A DNA stretch of 64,000 nucleotides from Synechococcales cyanobacterium VAR_4_metabat_354 (GTDB lineage: Bacteria; Cyanobacteriota; Cyanobacteriia; Cyanobacteriales; Chamaesiphonaceae), in NCBI GenBank assembly GCA_031414775.1, contig JANOQI010000059.1, positions 1 through 64,000 on the forward strand. The letters run 5' to 3'. Under the pieces are notes generated by a model, which worked only from the letters and a program-made list of their open reading frames with translations, did not search any database and was not told the origin of the DNA. This document shows, piece after piece, positions 42,077 through 51,804 of the stretch (positions are counted from its first letter, which is position 1; every line of letters starts with the position of its first letter). A program made the position numbers and the translations under genes.

Positions 42077-43553
42077 CAAAGCAACGGTTTCACCCGATTA
42101 TCTGAGTGATGTTACTGGCAAATCAAAATTAATTGATTTTGCCGAATTAATCGCCAGTGAGGGACTACTAGGGCTATTGCCTGCCCCAGTGGCTAAATTT
42201 GCTGAAGCAGCTCTGGCAGCTGAAGATCAGGGAGTGCATGAATATTTATGTCATCTGGACAAAGCGGCAAACGCTGGAGAATCTAACGCTTGCGGGAGTT
42301 CCAAACAAGCCAGCGCCCTAGAAGCTAATCAGCAAGCCTATACCAACGCTTACGGGTGGATTGAATTCACCTCTAAGACTGGGGAAAAATCAGCCTATGA
42401 TTACTACGCAAAAAGCGGGGAATGGCGGCAAGCAAATAATAAACGCAGCACCAAGCCGATCGCCATTCCCAGTGGTCGGAAACGAGCCGGAACTAAACTT
42501 GGTCACTCTAAACACCATACCTACACTAGCAAACGTGGCTCGATTAAGCCCAAAGGTACTCATTACACGCAGCGGGTAGATGAAAACCGCAAAAGCTATG
42601 CGGTAAGTGAATTTGAACGTAGTGTAAACGGCAAGGACGGCAAGACGATCGGACAACGAGCGATCTTATTTAATGCTGATGGTAGTGTGACCCGTGGCGC
42701 GAATGCGATTCGTGATCAACAGGTGGCTAATGAATTGGCGGCCAAGATTCCCAGCAAAACCCCTAATACTTCAGCAGTTCCAGCCAAAATCAAGGCGGCT
42801 AAGCCCGAACAAACCAAATTCCACAAAAATAAAACTCCGATCGGCCATACTAACGATCTAGCCGGGGGGATTGCAGCGGTGGGTGGAATTACTGCCATGA
42901 TTGCGATCGTGGCCTGTCTGCTGCCCATGCACTTTGTAACCAGCGCGATTACTTTCCTGACCAGCATTACCACCTTTTTTACAAATGTTAATAATGCGGT
43001 AAATACTTATTTGACGGTGACAGAAGCGCTACTGGGGATGTTTGGCTTTAAGGGCGCTACCAAGGGCATTAAGTCTTTTATGGCCAAAATTGTTGATAAT
43101 GCTTTCGGCAAGGAAAACGCCCAGGCGGTGAAAAATGCCTTTGCCTCTGGGATTAACAGCGTTTCGACCACCACTAAGCTGTTAGAAAAAATGCAGTCAA
43201 TCCGCCAGCGTACCGATAACAAGGTGGATGGTTTGGCTATCCAGCTGGGTACCGTAAATAATGCCCTGAAAGATGCTGGTTTGGTGTCGCCGGATAGTCC
43301 CTATTTCGCGGCCAGCCAGAATATTGATGAATTCGTGAAGGCGCGGGAAGTGGACGATCCTAGTATTGGGGAATCACTTACAGAATTAACCAAGGAAATC
43401 AAAGATCCTGAAGAAGCTAAAAAGTTACTAGCCGAAGAAGCTAAAACCCAGGCTCAGAGACAGGCTAAGACTGATAAAAAAATTAATGATGTGGCTAAAT
43501 TGGGCGCGGGGCTAAATATCAATGTCGATAAAGTCGATCCATTTAAGGTGTAA
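42069..43553 (+). CDS. Hypothetical protein with basic region, TM segment and coiled-coil C-terminus
   Basis: 494 aa; GGIAAVGGITAMIAIVACLLPMHFVTSAITFL hydrophobic stretch. Confidence 0.65.
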   Translation: MPDKATVSPDYLSDVTGKSKLIDFAELIASEGLLGLLPAPVAKFAEAALAAEDQGVHEYLCHLDKAANAGESNACGSSKQASALEANQQAYTNAYGWIEFTSKTGEKSAYDYYAKSGEWRQANNKRSTKPIAIPSGRKRAGTKLGHSKHHTYTSKRGSIKPKGTHYTQRVDENRKSYAVSEFERSVNGKDGKTIGQRAILFNADGSVTRGANAIRDQQVANELAAKIPSKTPNTSAVPAKIKAAKPEQTKFHKNKTPIGHTNDLAGGIAAVGGITAMIAIVACLLPMHFVTSAITFLTSITTFFTNVNNAVNTYLTVTEALLGMFGFKGATKGIKSFMAKIVDNAFGKENAQAVKNAFASGINSVSTTTKLLEKMQSIRQRTDNKVDGLAIQLGTVNNALKDAGLVSPDSPYFAASQNIDEFVKAREVDDPSIGESLTELTKEIKDPEEAKKLLAEEAKTQAQRQAKTDKKINDVAKLGAGLNINVDKVDPFKV

Positions 43554-43555
43554 GT

Positions 43556-44239
43556 ATGGATGAATTAACAGCTGTCCAGCGCATGGGGAAGCTGGCCAAT
43601 TTAGCGCGGGTGCTGCTGAATAGCCGCATAGATGCGATCTGGAAAGATCCCGCCAATGAAACAGAAATATCACTAAAAGAAATATTGACCGTCAACCCCA
43701 AGGACACCATTAATGAAGTAGTACTAAAGTATCTGCTTTTTTACTGGGGCTGTGACAAATTGCCATCTATTACAGAAGAGCGGTTTATCGTTAATGACCG
43801 AGTAGCCAAGAAAGATCCGCTGATGTTGCGGGGGAGATGTGCGGTAAGGCCAGAGCTAAGGTATGCAGTTAATGAAGAAACTGGGAAAGCTTACTCTGTG
43901 GGTAACAAAATAATTGATATTCCACATGTACTAGAACCCCAGTTGTTTAAATTACACGGTCTACACATTACCTACGGGCGGCAACTGGGCTTGTATGTTT
44001 TTGCCGATGGCTGTCAGCTCAAGGTTAACGCCATTACTGAGGCTGAAGCTCATCGGGTGATTAATCATTGCTTGCTAGCTGTCGATCCGGCATGGCGAAG
44101 GGGCACCAGCGAGGAAAATACCTATTTTGGTAAGCCTTCCCCAAAAGCAAAAAAATCACCGCTGCATGGTGTTCGCGCCAATATTCAAAAGGTCAACATT
44201 CATAACCAGTATGGAAAAATTGCGTCTCTCTGGATTTAG
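43556..44239 (+). CDS. Hypothetical protein (element)
   Basis: 227 aa, 2 bp after the previous stop. Confidence 0.6.
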   Translation: MDELTAVQRMGKLANLARVLLNSRIDAIWKDPANETEISLKEILTVNPKDTINEVVLKYLLFYWGCDKLPSITEERFIVNDRVAKKDPLMLRGRCAVRPELRYAVNEETGKAYSVGNKIIDIPHVLEPQLFKLHGLHITYGRQLGLYVFADGCQLKVNAITEAEAHRVINHCLLAVDPAWRRGTSEENTYFGKPSPKAKKSPLHGVRANIQKVNIHNQYGKIASLWI

Positions 44240-44615
44240 TTCGGTTGCTGATTTTGAATCCAGCGTTTATAAACGTTTGCGGCCACTAACAAAGACGCAT
44301 GATTTAAAAATCGAGCAACATCAGCCGATCAAGGTAAGACCAGCTAATACTTATTTTTCCCGCGATCGAAGTTGGCGGTGTTCCTTTTTGTGTGGTGCCC
44401 CTAATGAATTTATACTAGTTGAAGCTAGATTAGACTTTAATACCCTCTGGCTTATGCAATTAGAAATGTTAGCCGCATACAATCCGCAAACTCTTCAGCG
44501 GTTGATTATTGTTTGTCCCAGGAATACAGATGTACCAAATACGCTAGCTCAGTTAACCGTGGTACCGCCAGAATTATTAATCGATCGAATTCTGGCGGGG
44601 CTGAATCTTCGGTAA
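44211..44615 (+). CDS. Hypothetical protein, degenerate PD-(D/E)XK-like
   Basis: From ATG 44211 (MEKLRL); S..DFE..V, WRCSF, LVEAR. Confidence 0.45.
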   Translation: MEKLRLSGFSSVADFESSVYKRLRPLTKTHDLKIEQHQPIKVRPANTYFSRDRSWRCSFLCGAPNEFILVEARLDFNTLWLMQLEMLAAYNPQTLQRLIIVCPRNTDVPNTLAQLTVVPPELLIDRILAGLNLR

Positions 44616-44644
44616 GCATCAACCCTAAATTCAAATTCCTTCAC

Positions 44645-44668
44645 AGCCGCTCGTCCCGGCTTTTTTTT
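44645..44668 (+). terminator. Rho-independent terminator of the element's rightward operon
   Basis: agccg-7nt-cggct followed by a T-run. Confidence 0.6.
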
Positions 44669-44944
44669 GTGCCCTTTTTCCTTTTTCTAGCTCCAAGTGT
44701 TGCCAGTAATGACGCTTGGCGATTTTTTGATATTTAGCGATTAGGGAGTGAGGGGCTTTCTCCCTGCTCTAAAAAAGTTTCTCCCTTTATAATTCTTGCT
44801 CTAAAACCTATACCTACTCTTCTCTTTCTTTTTTTTAGGGAGAAGAAAGAGAATAGGGAGTGCTTTTGAAAAGCTATACTGAAAAAAAAACAAATTTAAG
44901 TTTGAGGAAGTTATACCAGTAAATAAACATCAAACTTAGAAGTA

Positions 44945-45016
<72 letters not shown>

Positions 45017-45246
45017 ATAGCCTGATCATCCTAGCAAACCTAGGGTGTTTTGGCTAGTTACGTTGAGTGTTGTTGCCAAAAATAAAACAATGATACAAAA
45101 CTGCCTATTTTCTGAGGTGATCTCTAGAGGATGGGTATTTTCAGCATAAGATAGAAGTCATGAAATGCTATCGAGTGTTGAGCCATCTACATCCAATACT
45201 CAATGCTTAAGCTCTCAAATATCCCTTCAACGCCAACTGCTAATAA

Positions 45247-46851
45247 ATGCAAACAGCTGACCAAAAATTCTCGCTTACTACTCCACTTTATTATGTCAAT
45301 GGCTTGCCGCATATTGGCCATGCCTACACTACGATGGCAGCGGATGTCTTAGCAAGGTTTTATCGGCTGCAAGGTCGCCAAGTGATGATGATTACTGGCA
45401 CAGATGAACATGGCCAGAAGATTGAGCGGACAGCGATCGCGGAAGGGGTTTCGCCCCAAGACCATTGCGATCGAATAGTTAGTGGTTTTCAGGAACTCTG
45501 GCGCAGCTATGATATCCAGTTCGACAGATTTATTCGGACTACTGACGGCTCTCATGAGGCAATCGTCCGCGAATTTTTCCAAAGAGTTTTAGCGCAAGGT
45601 GATATTTATCAAGGTCAACAACAGGGTTGGTACTGCGTCGCTTGCGAAGAATTTAAAGAAGAGCGCGATCTGCTGCCAGAGAATTATTGCCCTTTGCATC
45701 CCAGCAAGGTAGCCGAATGGCGGGATGAAACTAACTATTTCTTTCGGCTTTCCAAATATCAGCAGCAGTTAGAGCAACTTTATATCGATCGGCCAGAATT
45801 TATTCAGCCTAACAGCCGTCGCAATGAAGTCCTCAACTTTGTGAAGCAAGGTCTACAAGACTTTTCGATCTCGCGGGTAAATGTGGAATGGGGAATTCCG
45901 TTACCAAACGATGCCGCGCAGACCATCTATGTATGGTTTGATGCCTTGCTTGGATATATCAGCGCCCAACTGGAGCCTGGGATGGAGCCAACGCTAGCAA
46001 ATGCCACCAATCAGCACTGGCCAATCAATGTCCATATCATTGGCAAAGATATCTTGCGCTTCCACGCCGTCTATTGGCCAGCAATGCTGATGTCGGCGGG
46101 CTTGCCGTTGCCAGGAATGGTTTTTGGTCATGGCTTTTTCACCAAAGATGGACGAAAAATGAGCAAAAGTGAAGGCAATACGATCGATCCCCAAGTCTTG
46201 GTGGACAGATATGGTTCCGAAGCACTGCGCTACTATTTTCTCAAATCCTTTGAATTTGGCCAAGATGGTGACTTTAACGAGACGCGCTTTGTCGAGACGG
46301 TCAATGCCGATTTGGCCAATGGCTTAGGGAATTTATTGAATCGCACGATGGGCATGGTCAACAAATACTGTGGTAGTAACGTACCAGACTGTGATGTGGC
46401 TAATATCCCAGCCGAACATCCCTTGAAATTGCTGGGACATGATCTTGGTGTTAGGGTTGCCCAGGATTATACCAACCTAGCTTTCCATAATGTTTGCGCT
46501 GCCGTATTAGAAATAATTCGGGCAAGCAACAAATATATTGACGATGTGGCACCTTGGACTTTGTACAAACAGGGTCAACAATCAGAATTGCAAGAAGTTC
46601 TATACAGTCTGTTGGAATCAGTCCGTTTAGCTAGCTTCCTACTGGCACCTGTGATCCCCAAGATTGCCACCGCTGTTTATCAGCAACTGGGTTTGACAAT
46701 AGATTTTGATGTTTTACAATCAACAGAGCAAACTATCGATGTAAATGACCATAGCAGCTGGGGTTTTTTGGCTGTTGGTCAGACTCTGAGCGTACCGCAC
46801 CCAGTATTTGTTAGACTGGACATACCGCCTGTGATGATTACTAATGCCTAA
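45247..46851 (+). CDS. metG: Methionine--tRNA ligase
   Basis: HIGH, GTDEHG, YVWFDAL, KMSKS. Confidence 0.97.
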   Translation: MQTADQKFSLTTPLYYVNGLPHIGHAYTTMAADVLARFYRLQGRQVMMITGTDEHGQKIERTAIAEGVSPQDHCDRIVSGFQELWRSYDIQFDRFIRTTDGSHEAIVREFFQRVLAQGDIYQGQQQGWYCVACEEFKEERDLLPENYCPLHPSKVAEWRDETNYFFRLSKYQQQLEQLYIDRPEFIQPNSRRNEVLNFVKQGLQDFSISRVNVEWGIPLPNDAAQTIYVWFDALLGYISAQLEPGMEPTLANATNQHWPINVHIIGKDILRFHAVYWPAMLMSAGLPLPGMVFGHGFFTKDGRKMSKSEGNTIDPQVLVDRYGSEALRYYFLKSFEFGQDGDFNETRFVETVNADLANGLGNLLNRTMGMVNKYCGSNVPDCDVANIPAEHPLKLLGHDLGVRVAQDYTNLAFHNVCAAVLEIIRASNKYIDDVAPWTLYKQGQQSELQEVLYSLLESVRLASFLLAPVIPKIATAVYQQLGLTIDFDVLQSTEQTIDVNDHSSWGFLAVGQTLSVPHPVFVRLDIPPVMITNA

Positions 46852-46938
46852 TTAGCTCTGGCCAACAAATTTTCATAAAAAGCTTCTTTTTTTAAAACTC
46901 TTCATAAATAATAAAACCCTAGGGCATTTTTCCTAAAT

Positions 46939-47529
46939 ATGTTAAGTAATAGCCAGAATCATTCCAGCCAAAATAGTGCTTTCTCACCGGAGCAGATGCT
47001 AGAAAATCGTGGCCGGGTGGCCATTTTTATTGATGGTTCTAATCTTTTTTATGCAGCGCTACAACTCAATATTGAAATTGACTACACCAAGTTGCTAGCT
47101 AGACTAACGGGTGGTTCTCGCCTACTACGTTCCTTCTTTTATACTGGTGTCGATCGAACTAACGAAAAACAACAGGGCTTTTTGCTCTGGATGCGTCGCA
47201 ATGGCTATCGCGTGATTGCTAAAGATCTAGTTCAATTACCCGATGGCTCGAAAAAAGCCAATTTGGATGTCGAAATTGCCGTGGATATGATGGCTCTCGT
47301 CGGTTCTTACGACACCGCTGTGTTGGTGAGTGGTGATGGGGACTTAGCCTATGCCGTAGATTCGGTTAGTTACCGAGGGGTGCGCGTTGAGGTTGTCAGC
47401 CTGCGCTCGATGACTAGTGATAGCCTCATCAATGTGTCCGATCGATATATTGATCTAGAAAGTGTCCGCGAAGATATTCAAAAAACCTCACGCTCTAATG
47501 GTGTGGTTAGTCCTGAGATGTGGGTGTAG
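46939..47529 (+). CDS. NYN-domain (LabA/DUF88) protein
   Basis: FIDGSNL, DV..A.DM, LVSGDGD. Confidence 0.9.
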   Translation: MLSNSQNHSSQNSAFSPEQMLENRGRVAIFIDGSNLFYAALQLNIEIDYTKLLARLTGGSRLLRSFFYTGVDRTNEKQQGFLLWMRRNGYRVIAKDLVQLPDGSKKANLDVEIAVDMMALVGSYDTAVLVSGDGDLAYAVDSVSYRGVRVEVVSLRSMTSDSLINVSDRYIDLESVREDIQKTSRSNGVVSPEMWV

Positions 47530-48674
47530 GCTTGACTAGTGCTGCTCCGCGCCGCCGGTGGGTGGGGATTCTGTGCGGGATGGTGCTCGTAGCTTGCTCC
47601 GCTTCTCCAACCAAAGCGCCAGTTTCCAAAAATCAGGAAAACAAACTGACCATCAACAATTTTAGTGTGGAGCAGTCTGATCCTAGTGGTAAATTGTGGT
47701 GGCGCTTAAAAGCCAATCAGGCCGTGTATACCGTAGACAGAAAAATAGCTAAGGTCACTGGCTTAACAGGGGAACTCTACCAAGACAACCAAGTTGTATT
47801 GAAGTTATCAGCTAAAGCTGCGGATGTGGAGCAAGACGGCCAAAAAATATTACTGCGTGGCGATGTAACTGCGAAAGAAACTCGCAACACTTTGGTGGTT
47901 GCAAGCCAAGAATTAGAATGGCGACCGACCGAAGACTTGCTGACCATCAGTAAAAATGTGCGCGTTAATCATCCGAAAGTGCAAGCGCAGGGCGATAGAG
48001 GTAAATATGTCAGTCGCCAACAGCGCTTAGAAATGTTCGATCGAATCGTGGCCTGGGCACCAGAACAAAACGTGCGGCTGCAAACCAACTATCTCCAGTG
48101 GCAGGTTGATGCCCAAAAAATTACTGGGAATAAGCCAGTACAAATAGAGCACTATCGCGATCAATTACTACTAGAAAAAGTTAATGCCAACCAGCTCACC
48201 TATAGTCTGGATCAACAAACTGTTCAGCTGCAAGACAAAGTTCAGTTTCAATCGGTCAAACCCCCGATTACTTTCACTGCTGGCAGCGCCCGTTGGCAAT
48301 TTCAGCAGCAACTGATTACAGCGACTGATTCCTTGCAAATTATTCATAAACAGGAGCAAGCTAACTTTACGGCTAATAATGGTTCGATCGATCTGAGCAA
48401 AAACGTGGCCACCCTGACTGGTAATGCCCAAGGAGTGGCTACCCGCAACCAAGCCAAACTCCGAGCCGATCGCCTAACTTGGCAGATCGATAACCAGCAA
48501 ATAGTGGGTACCGGCAATGTTCGTTACCAGCAGCAGGAACCGACCTTGACCTTAACTGGGGTTAAAGGAGTCGGCAAACTCCAAGATCAATCAGTGGTCG
48601 TCACTGGTAATAGCCAACAGTTAGTGGAAACCCAAATTGTCCCTACCGATGCCCCGACGACCAGTCCCGAATAG
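47520..48674 (+). CDS. lptC: LPS export periplasmic protein, LptC-like
   Basis: Lipobox LVAC; repeated beta-jellyroll (OstA-like) segments. Confidence 0.7.
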   Translation: MGVGLTSAAPRRRWVGILCGMVLVACSASPTKAPVSKNQENKLTINNFSVEQSDPSGKLWWRLKANQAVYTVDRKIAKVTGLTGELYQDNQVVLKLSAKAADVEQDGQKILLRGDVTAKETRNTLVVASQELEWRPTEDLLTISKNVRVNHPKVQAQGDRGKYVSRQQRLEMFDRIVAWAPEQNVRLQTNYLQWQVDAQKITGNKPVQIEHYRDQLLLEKVNANQLTYSLDQQTVQLQDKVQFQSVKPPITFTAGSARWQFQQQLITATDSLQIIHKQEQANFTANNGSIDLSKNVATLTGNAQGVATRNQAKLRADRLTWQIDNQQIVGTGNVRYQQQEPTLTLTGVKGVGKLQDQSVVVTGNSQQLVETQIVPTDAPTTSPE

Positions 48675-48732
48675 GTTCCATTAGACCCTGATAGAATAGA
48701 CAAAAGCTTTCAACCCAACCCCAGCTATCGCC

Positions 48733-49584
48733 ATGAATCCAACCCTGTCTCGCCCCGAAGAATTGCGACAGCGTCGTCTTCAGCTGCGTCGGCAACGGCG
48801 TTGGCGTGCATTAAAAATCTGCTGGCAAGTACTGCTGCTGGGTTCATTAGTTAGTGGGATTATCTGGGCTGTGCAGCAACCAGATTGGGTAATTCGCCAG
48901 TCCCAACAAGTTCAAATTCAGGGCAACCGATATCTCTCCGCTAGTACTGTGCGGGAGATGCTCGGTTTGAAGTATCCGGTGTCATTGCTGCATATCGAAC
49001 CACAGAGCTTGAATGCTAAATTGCTAGATCAAGGTAGTATTCTGGCGGCAAACATTCATCGTGAGTTGCTTCCCCCCCGAATTACCATCCAGGTGCAAGA
49101 TCAACCCCCAGTGGCTATAGCTGATCAAGCTGATCAACCAGGGCTAGTAAATGCTGCTGGTAATTGGCTGCCTTTGACTAGCTATCAAATAGATAACGAT
49201 AAGTTGCCACATTTAAGACTATTATCTGCCGACAGCACACTCTGTTCAGACTGGCCAGCTCTCTATCAAGGTATTCAGCGTAGCCCCGTTCCAGTAAGTG
49301 AAGTTGACTGTCGTGATGCGCTAAATATCCTCCTGAAAACTGAAATTGGAGATGTGCGCATTGGTGCATTTGAACCAGCTAGATTTCGTCAGCAGTTACA
49401 GAAAGCTTATGAATTAGGTGATTGGAAGCAACTTTACCAACTGAAATATAATCAAGCGTCTGATATTGCTTACATTGATCTGGAAAATCCTAATATGCCC
49501 AAGATCCAGCAATCAATTTCTACTATTAATCAGAAGACCGATGATCAGAAGACTGAGATTAATGCCGATGATCTTCTACCTTAG
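48733..49584 (+). CDS. ftsQ: Cell division protein FtsQ/DivIB
   Basis: Basic N-terminus, TM, POTRA-like GN..LS, YIDL.NP; upstream of ftsZ. Confidence 0.85.
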   Translation: MNPTLSRPEELRQRRLQLRRQRRWRALKICWQVLLLGSLVSGIIWAVQQPDWVIRQSQQVQIQGNRYLSASTVREMLGLKYPVSLLHIEPQSLNAKLLDQGSILAANIHRELLPPRITIQVQDQPPVAIADQADQPGLVNAAGNWLPLTSYQIDNDKLPHLRLLSADSTLCSDWPALYQGIQRSPVPVSEVDCRDALNILLKTEIGDVRIGAFEPARFRQQLQKAYELGDWKQLYQLKYNQASDIAYIDLENPNMPKIQQSISTINQKTDDQKTEINADDLLP

Positions 49585-49860
49585 TATAAAAGTATGATTC
49601 CTTTGATTTTTGTTAATATGCCCATAACCATTACACTGATGCAATAGATTAATCTTCAAGAATTTGCATTAAATTCGCAGGTGTTACTGCAAAGTTCTCA
49701 CGATTCGCTAGCTTTATGGGAATATAAAATAGCGTGTCGTGATTTAAAATCATTAGAAAAATAATTGAATGCAGAGCTTTTATATAGCAATGGTTCAATT
49801 GTTTAATTGCCGTGCGCTTGACAAGAGAATACAATTATCATTAACCTAACCTTTGCAAGC

Positions 49861-51048
49861 ATGAGCAAGCTCAACCCTATCTCATACCCAGGATTTAACT
49901 CAACTCCCATGCCCGGTAGTGACCCGATGTTTGACGAAATTATCCCCAGCAATATGGCAAAAATTAAAGTGATTGGTGTCGGCGGTGGCGGCAGCAATGC
50001 GGTCAATCGGATGATTGCTAGCGATATCACCGGTATTGAGTTCTGGACTATGAACACTGATGCCCAGGCACTATCTGGTGCCAACGCCAATCGGCGCTTG
50101 CAGTTGGGACAGAAACTCACTAGAGGTTTGGGGGCTGGCGGTAATCCAGCAATCGGGCAAAAGGCGGCGGAAGAATCCCGTGAAGAGATTGCAGCGGCTT
50201 TGGAGGGCGCTGATTTAGTATTTATTACTGCTGGGATGGGCGGCGGTACTGGTACGGGGGCAGCGCCAATTGTGGCAGAAGTAGCTAAAGAAATGGGCGC
50301 TTTGACGGTAGGTGTTGTGACCCGCCCCTTTACCTTTGAGGGACGGCGGCGCACGAACCAGGCCGAAGAAGGTATTATGGCTTTGCAGAGTCGGGTTGAT
50401 ACCCTGATTGGGATTCCCAACGACAAGTTATTAGCGGTGATCTCCGAGCAGACTCCTGTCCAAGAAGCTTTTCGGCTAGCTGATGATGTATTGCGTTCGG
50501 GTGTGCAAGGAATTTCCGACATTATTATGATTCCGGGCTTGGTCAATGTTGACTTTGCCGATGTACGAGCGATCATGGCTGATGCTGGTTCGGCGATGAT
50601 GGGTACTGGTCAGGGTTCTGGTAAGTCACGAGCCCGAGAAGCGGCCTTGATGGCAATTTCTTCACCGCTGCTAGAGTCTTCGATCGAAGGTGCGCGCGGA
50701 GTAGTGTTTAATATTACTGGCGGTACAGATTTGACCCTACATGAGGTGAACACTGCTGCTGAAACTATTTATGAAGCGGTTGACCCTAACGCCAATATTA
50801 TCTTTGGAGCAGTTTTAGATGACCGAATGCAGGGAGAAATTCATATTACTGTGATTGCTACAGGCTTTACTGGTGAAGTGCAGTCTAGTTCTGTATCGTT
50901 GGTAAGTAATAAGCAACTGCCTCAAACTCCTCCCAAACGTAATCCGATCGTCGCTCCTACTTCACCCCCACCGATTCCAGATCACAAAAGTTCTCAGGGT
51001 GGATTAGATATTCCAGATTTTCTTAAGGAACGCCGCCCTAACAAGTGA
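49861..51048 (+). CDS. ftsZ: Cell division protein FtsZ
   Basis: [25 protein letters not shown]-terminal LDIPDFL. Confidence 0.98.
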   Translation: MSKLNPISYPGFNSTPMPGSDPMFDEIIPSNMAKIKVIGVGGGGSNAVNRMIASDITGIEFWTMNTDAQALSGANANRRLQLGQKLTRGLGAGGNPAIGQKAAEESREEIAAALEGADLVFITAGMGGGTGTGAAPIVAEVAKEMGALTVGVVTRPFTFEGRRRTNQAEEGIMALQSRVDTLIGIPNDKLLAVISEQTPVQEAFRLADDVLRSGVQGISDIIMIPGLVNVDFADVRAIMADAGSAMMGTGQGSGKSRAREAALMAISSPLLESSIEGARGVVFNITGGTDLTLHEVNTAAETIYEAVDPNANIIFGAVLDDRMQGEIHITVIATGFTGEVQSSSVSLVSNKQLPQTPPKRNPIVAPTSPPPIPDHKSSQGGLDIPDFLKERRPNK

Positions 51049-51185
51049 CAACACGAAGAAGACTAGCTTAAAAATCTAGCCTTCTTTTTTGAATTTGAAC
51101 TAAAACTGTGATCTCAATATCTAGAGTGAATTGACGATGTGGTTGACCCTTACATTAGTCATACATAGCACTACATTATATTAGC

Positions 51186-51320
51186 ATGACACTTAAACAA
51201 CTAAATGTGAAAATCCCTGAACAGGAACTCCAGCTTTTGCAAACTTATGCAGAAAAGACCGAAAGAACCAAGACAGACATCATTCGCGAGTTCATTCGTT
51301 CTTTGCCTACTAAACAATAG
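51186..51320 (+). CDS. CopG/ribbon-helix-helix small protein (not in ORF track)
   Basis: MTLKQLNVKIPEQELQLLQTYAEKTERTKTDIIREFIRSLPTKQ, 44 aa. Confidence 0.75.
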   Translation: MTLKQLNVKIPEQELQLLQTYAEKTERTKTDIIREFIRSLPTKQ

Positions 51321-51352
51321 AGCACAATACTAATTGCCATCTAATTATCCAA

Positions 51353-51390
51353 TAAAGGGTAGTAACAATAACTATTGTTACTACCCTTTA
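51353..51390. terminator. Perfect 18-bp inverted repeat between the convergent RHH gene and tRNA-Asn
   Basis: taaagggtagtaacaata-ac-tattgttactacccttta. Confidence 0.65.
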
Positions 51391-51406
51391 TGGAATTACG
51401 GGAGTA

Positions 51407-51478
51407 CTCCCCGAGTAAGATTCGAACTTACGACCGGTCGGTTAACAGCCGACTGCTCTACCGCTGAGCTATCGAGGA
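51407..51478 (-). tRNA. tRNA-Asn (anticodon GTT)
   Basis: TCCTCGATAGCTCAGCGGTAGAGCAGTCGGCT-GTT-AACCGACCGGTCGTAAGTTCGAATCTTACTCGGGGAG, 72 nt. Confidence 0.96.
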
Positions 51479-51680
51479 AAATAGTGCTTTTCACACCTTC
51501 GCTATTATATGTGCAAAAGGAATAGTTTGACAAGTAGATATTTGTCTTTTTTTGAAAAATAGCTAAGAAAGCGATAAGACGCTACTGGTGGAGTTGCTAG
51601 ATAGCCCTAGACACTACCAATAAAAATGGAGTGAAACAGTAAGACGAAAATTAGAATAAGCAACTAATACAAACTAGCTA

Positions 51681-51733
51681 CTGCTAGATATGGGGTAGGG
51701 ATGCGATATTAGACACCATATATATATGGTGTC
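51681..51733. promoter_or_regulatory. Palindrome and NrdR-box-like pair upstream of the Rep-like gene
   Basis: ctgctagatatggggt (51681-51696) and perfect palindrome gacaccatatatatatggtgtc (51712-51733). Confidence 0.4.
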
Positions 51734-51804
51734 AGTTGAAGATTAATTCCGGAATTCTGGAGAGATTCGGACTACAATTGTGACTCCGTGAATATAAGCT
51801 GTTT

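Noticed and set aside
49803..50576. 257-aa antisense ORF over ftsZ, and similar shadow ORFs over petJ, the primase and the pilins
   Set aside because: Fully overlap well-supported genes on the opposite strand; explained by codon bias
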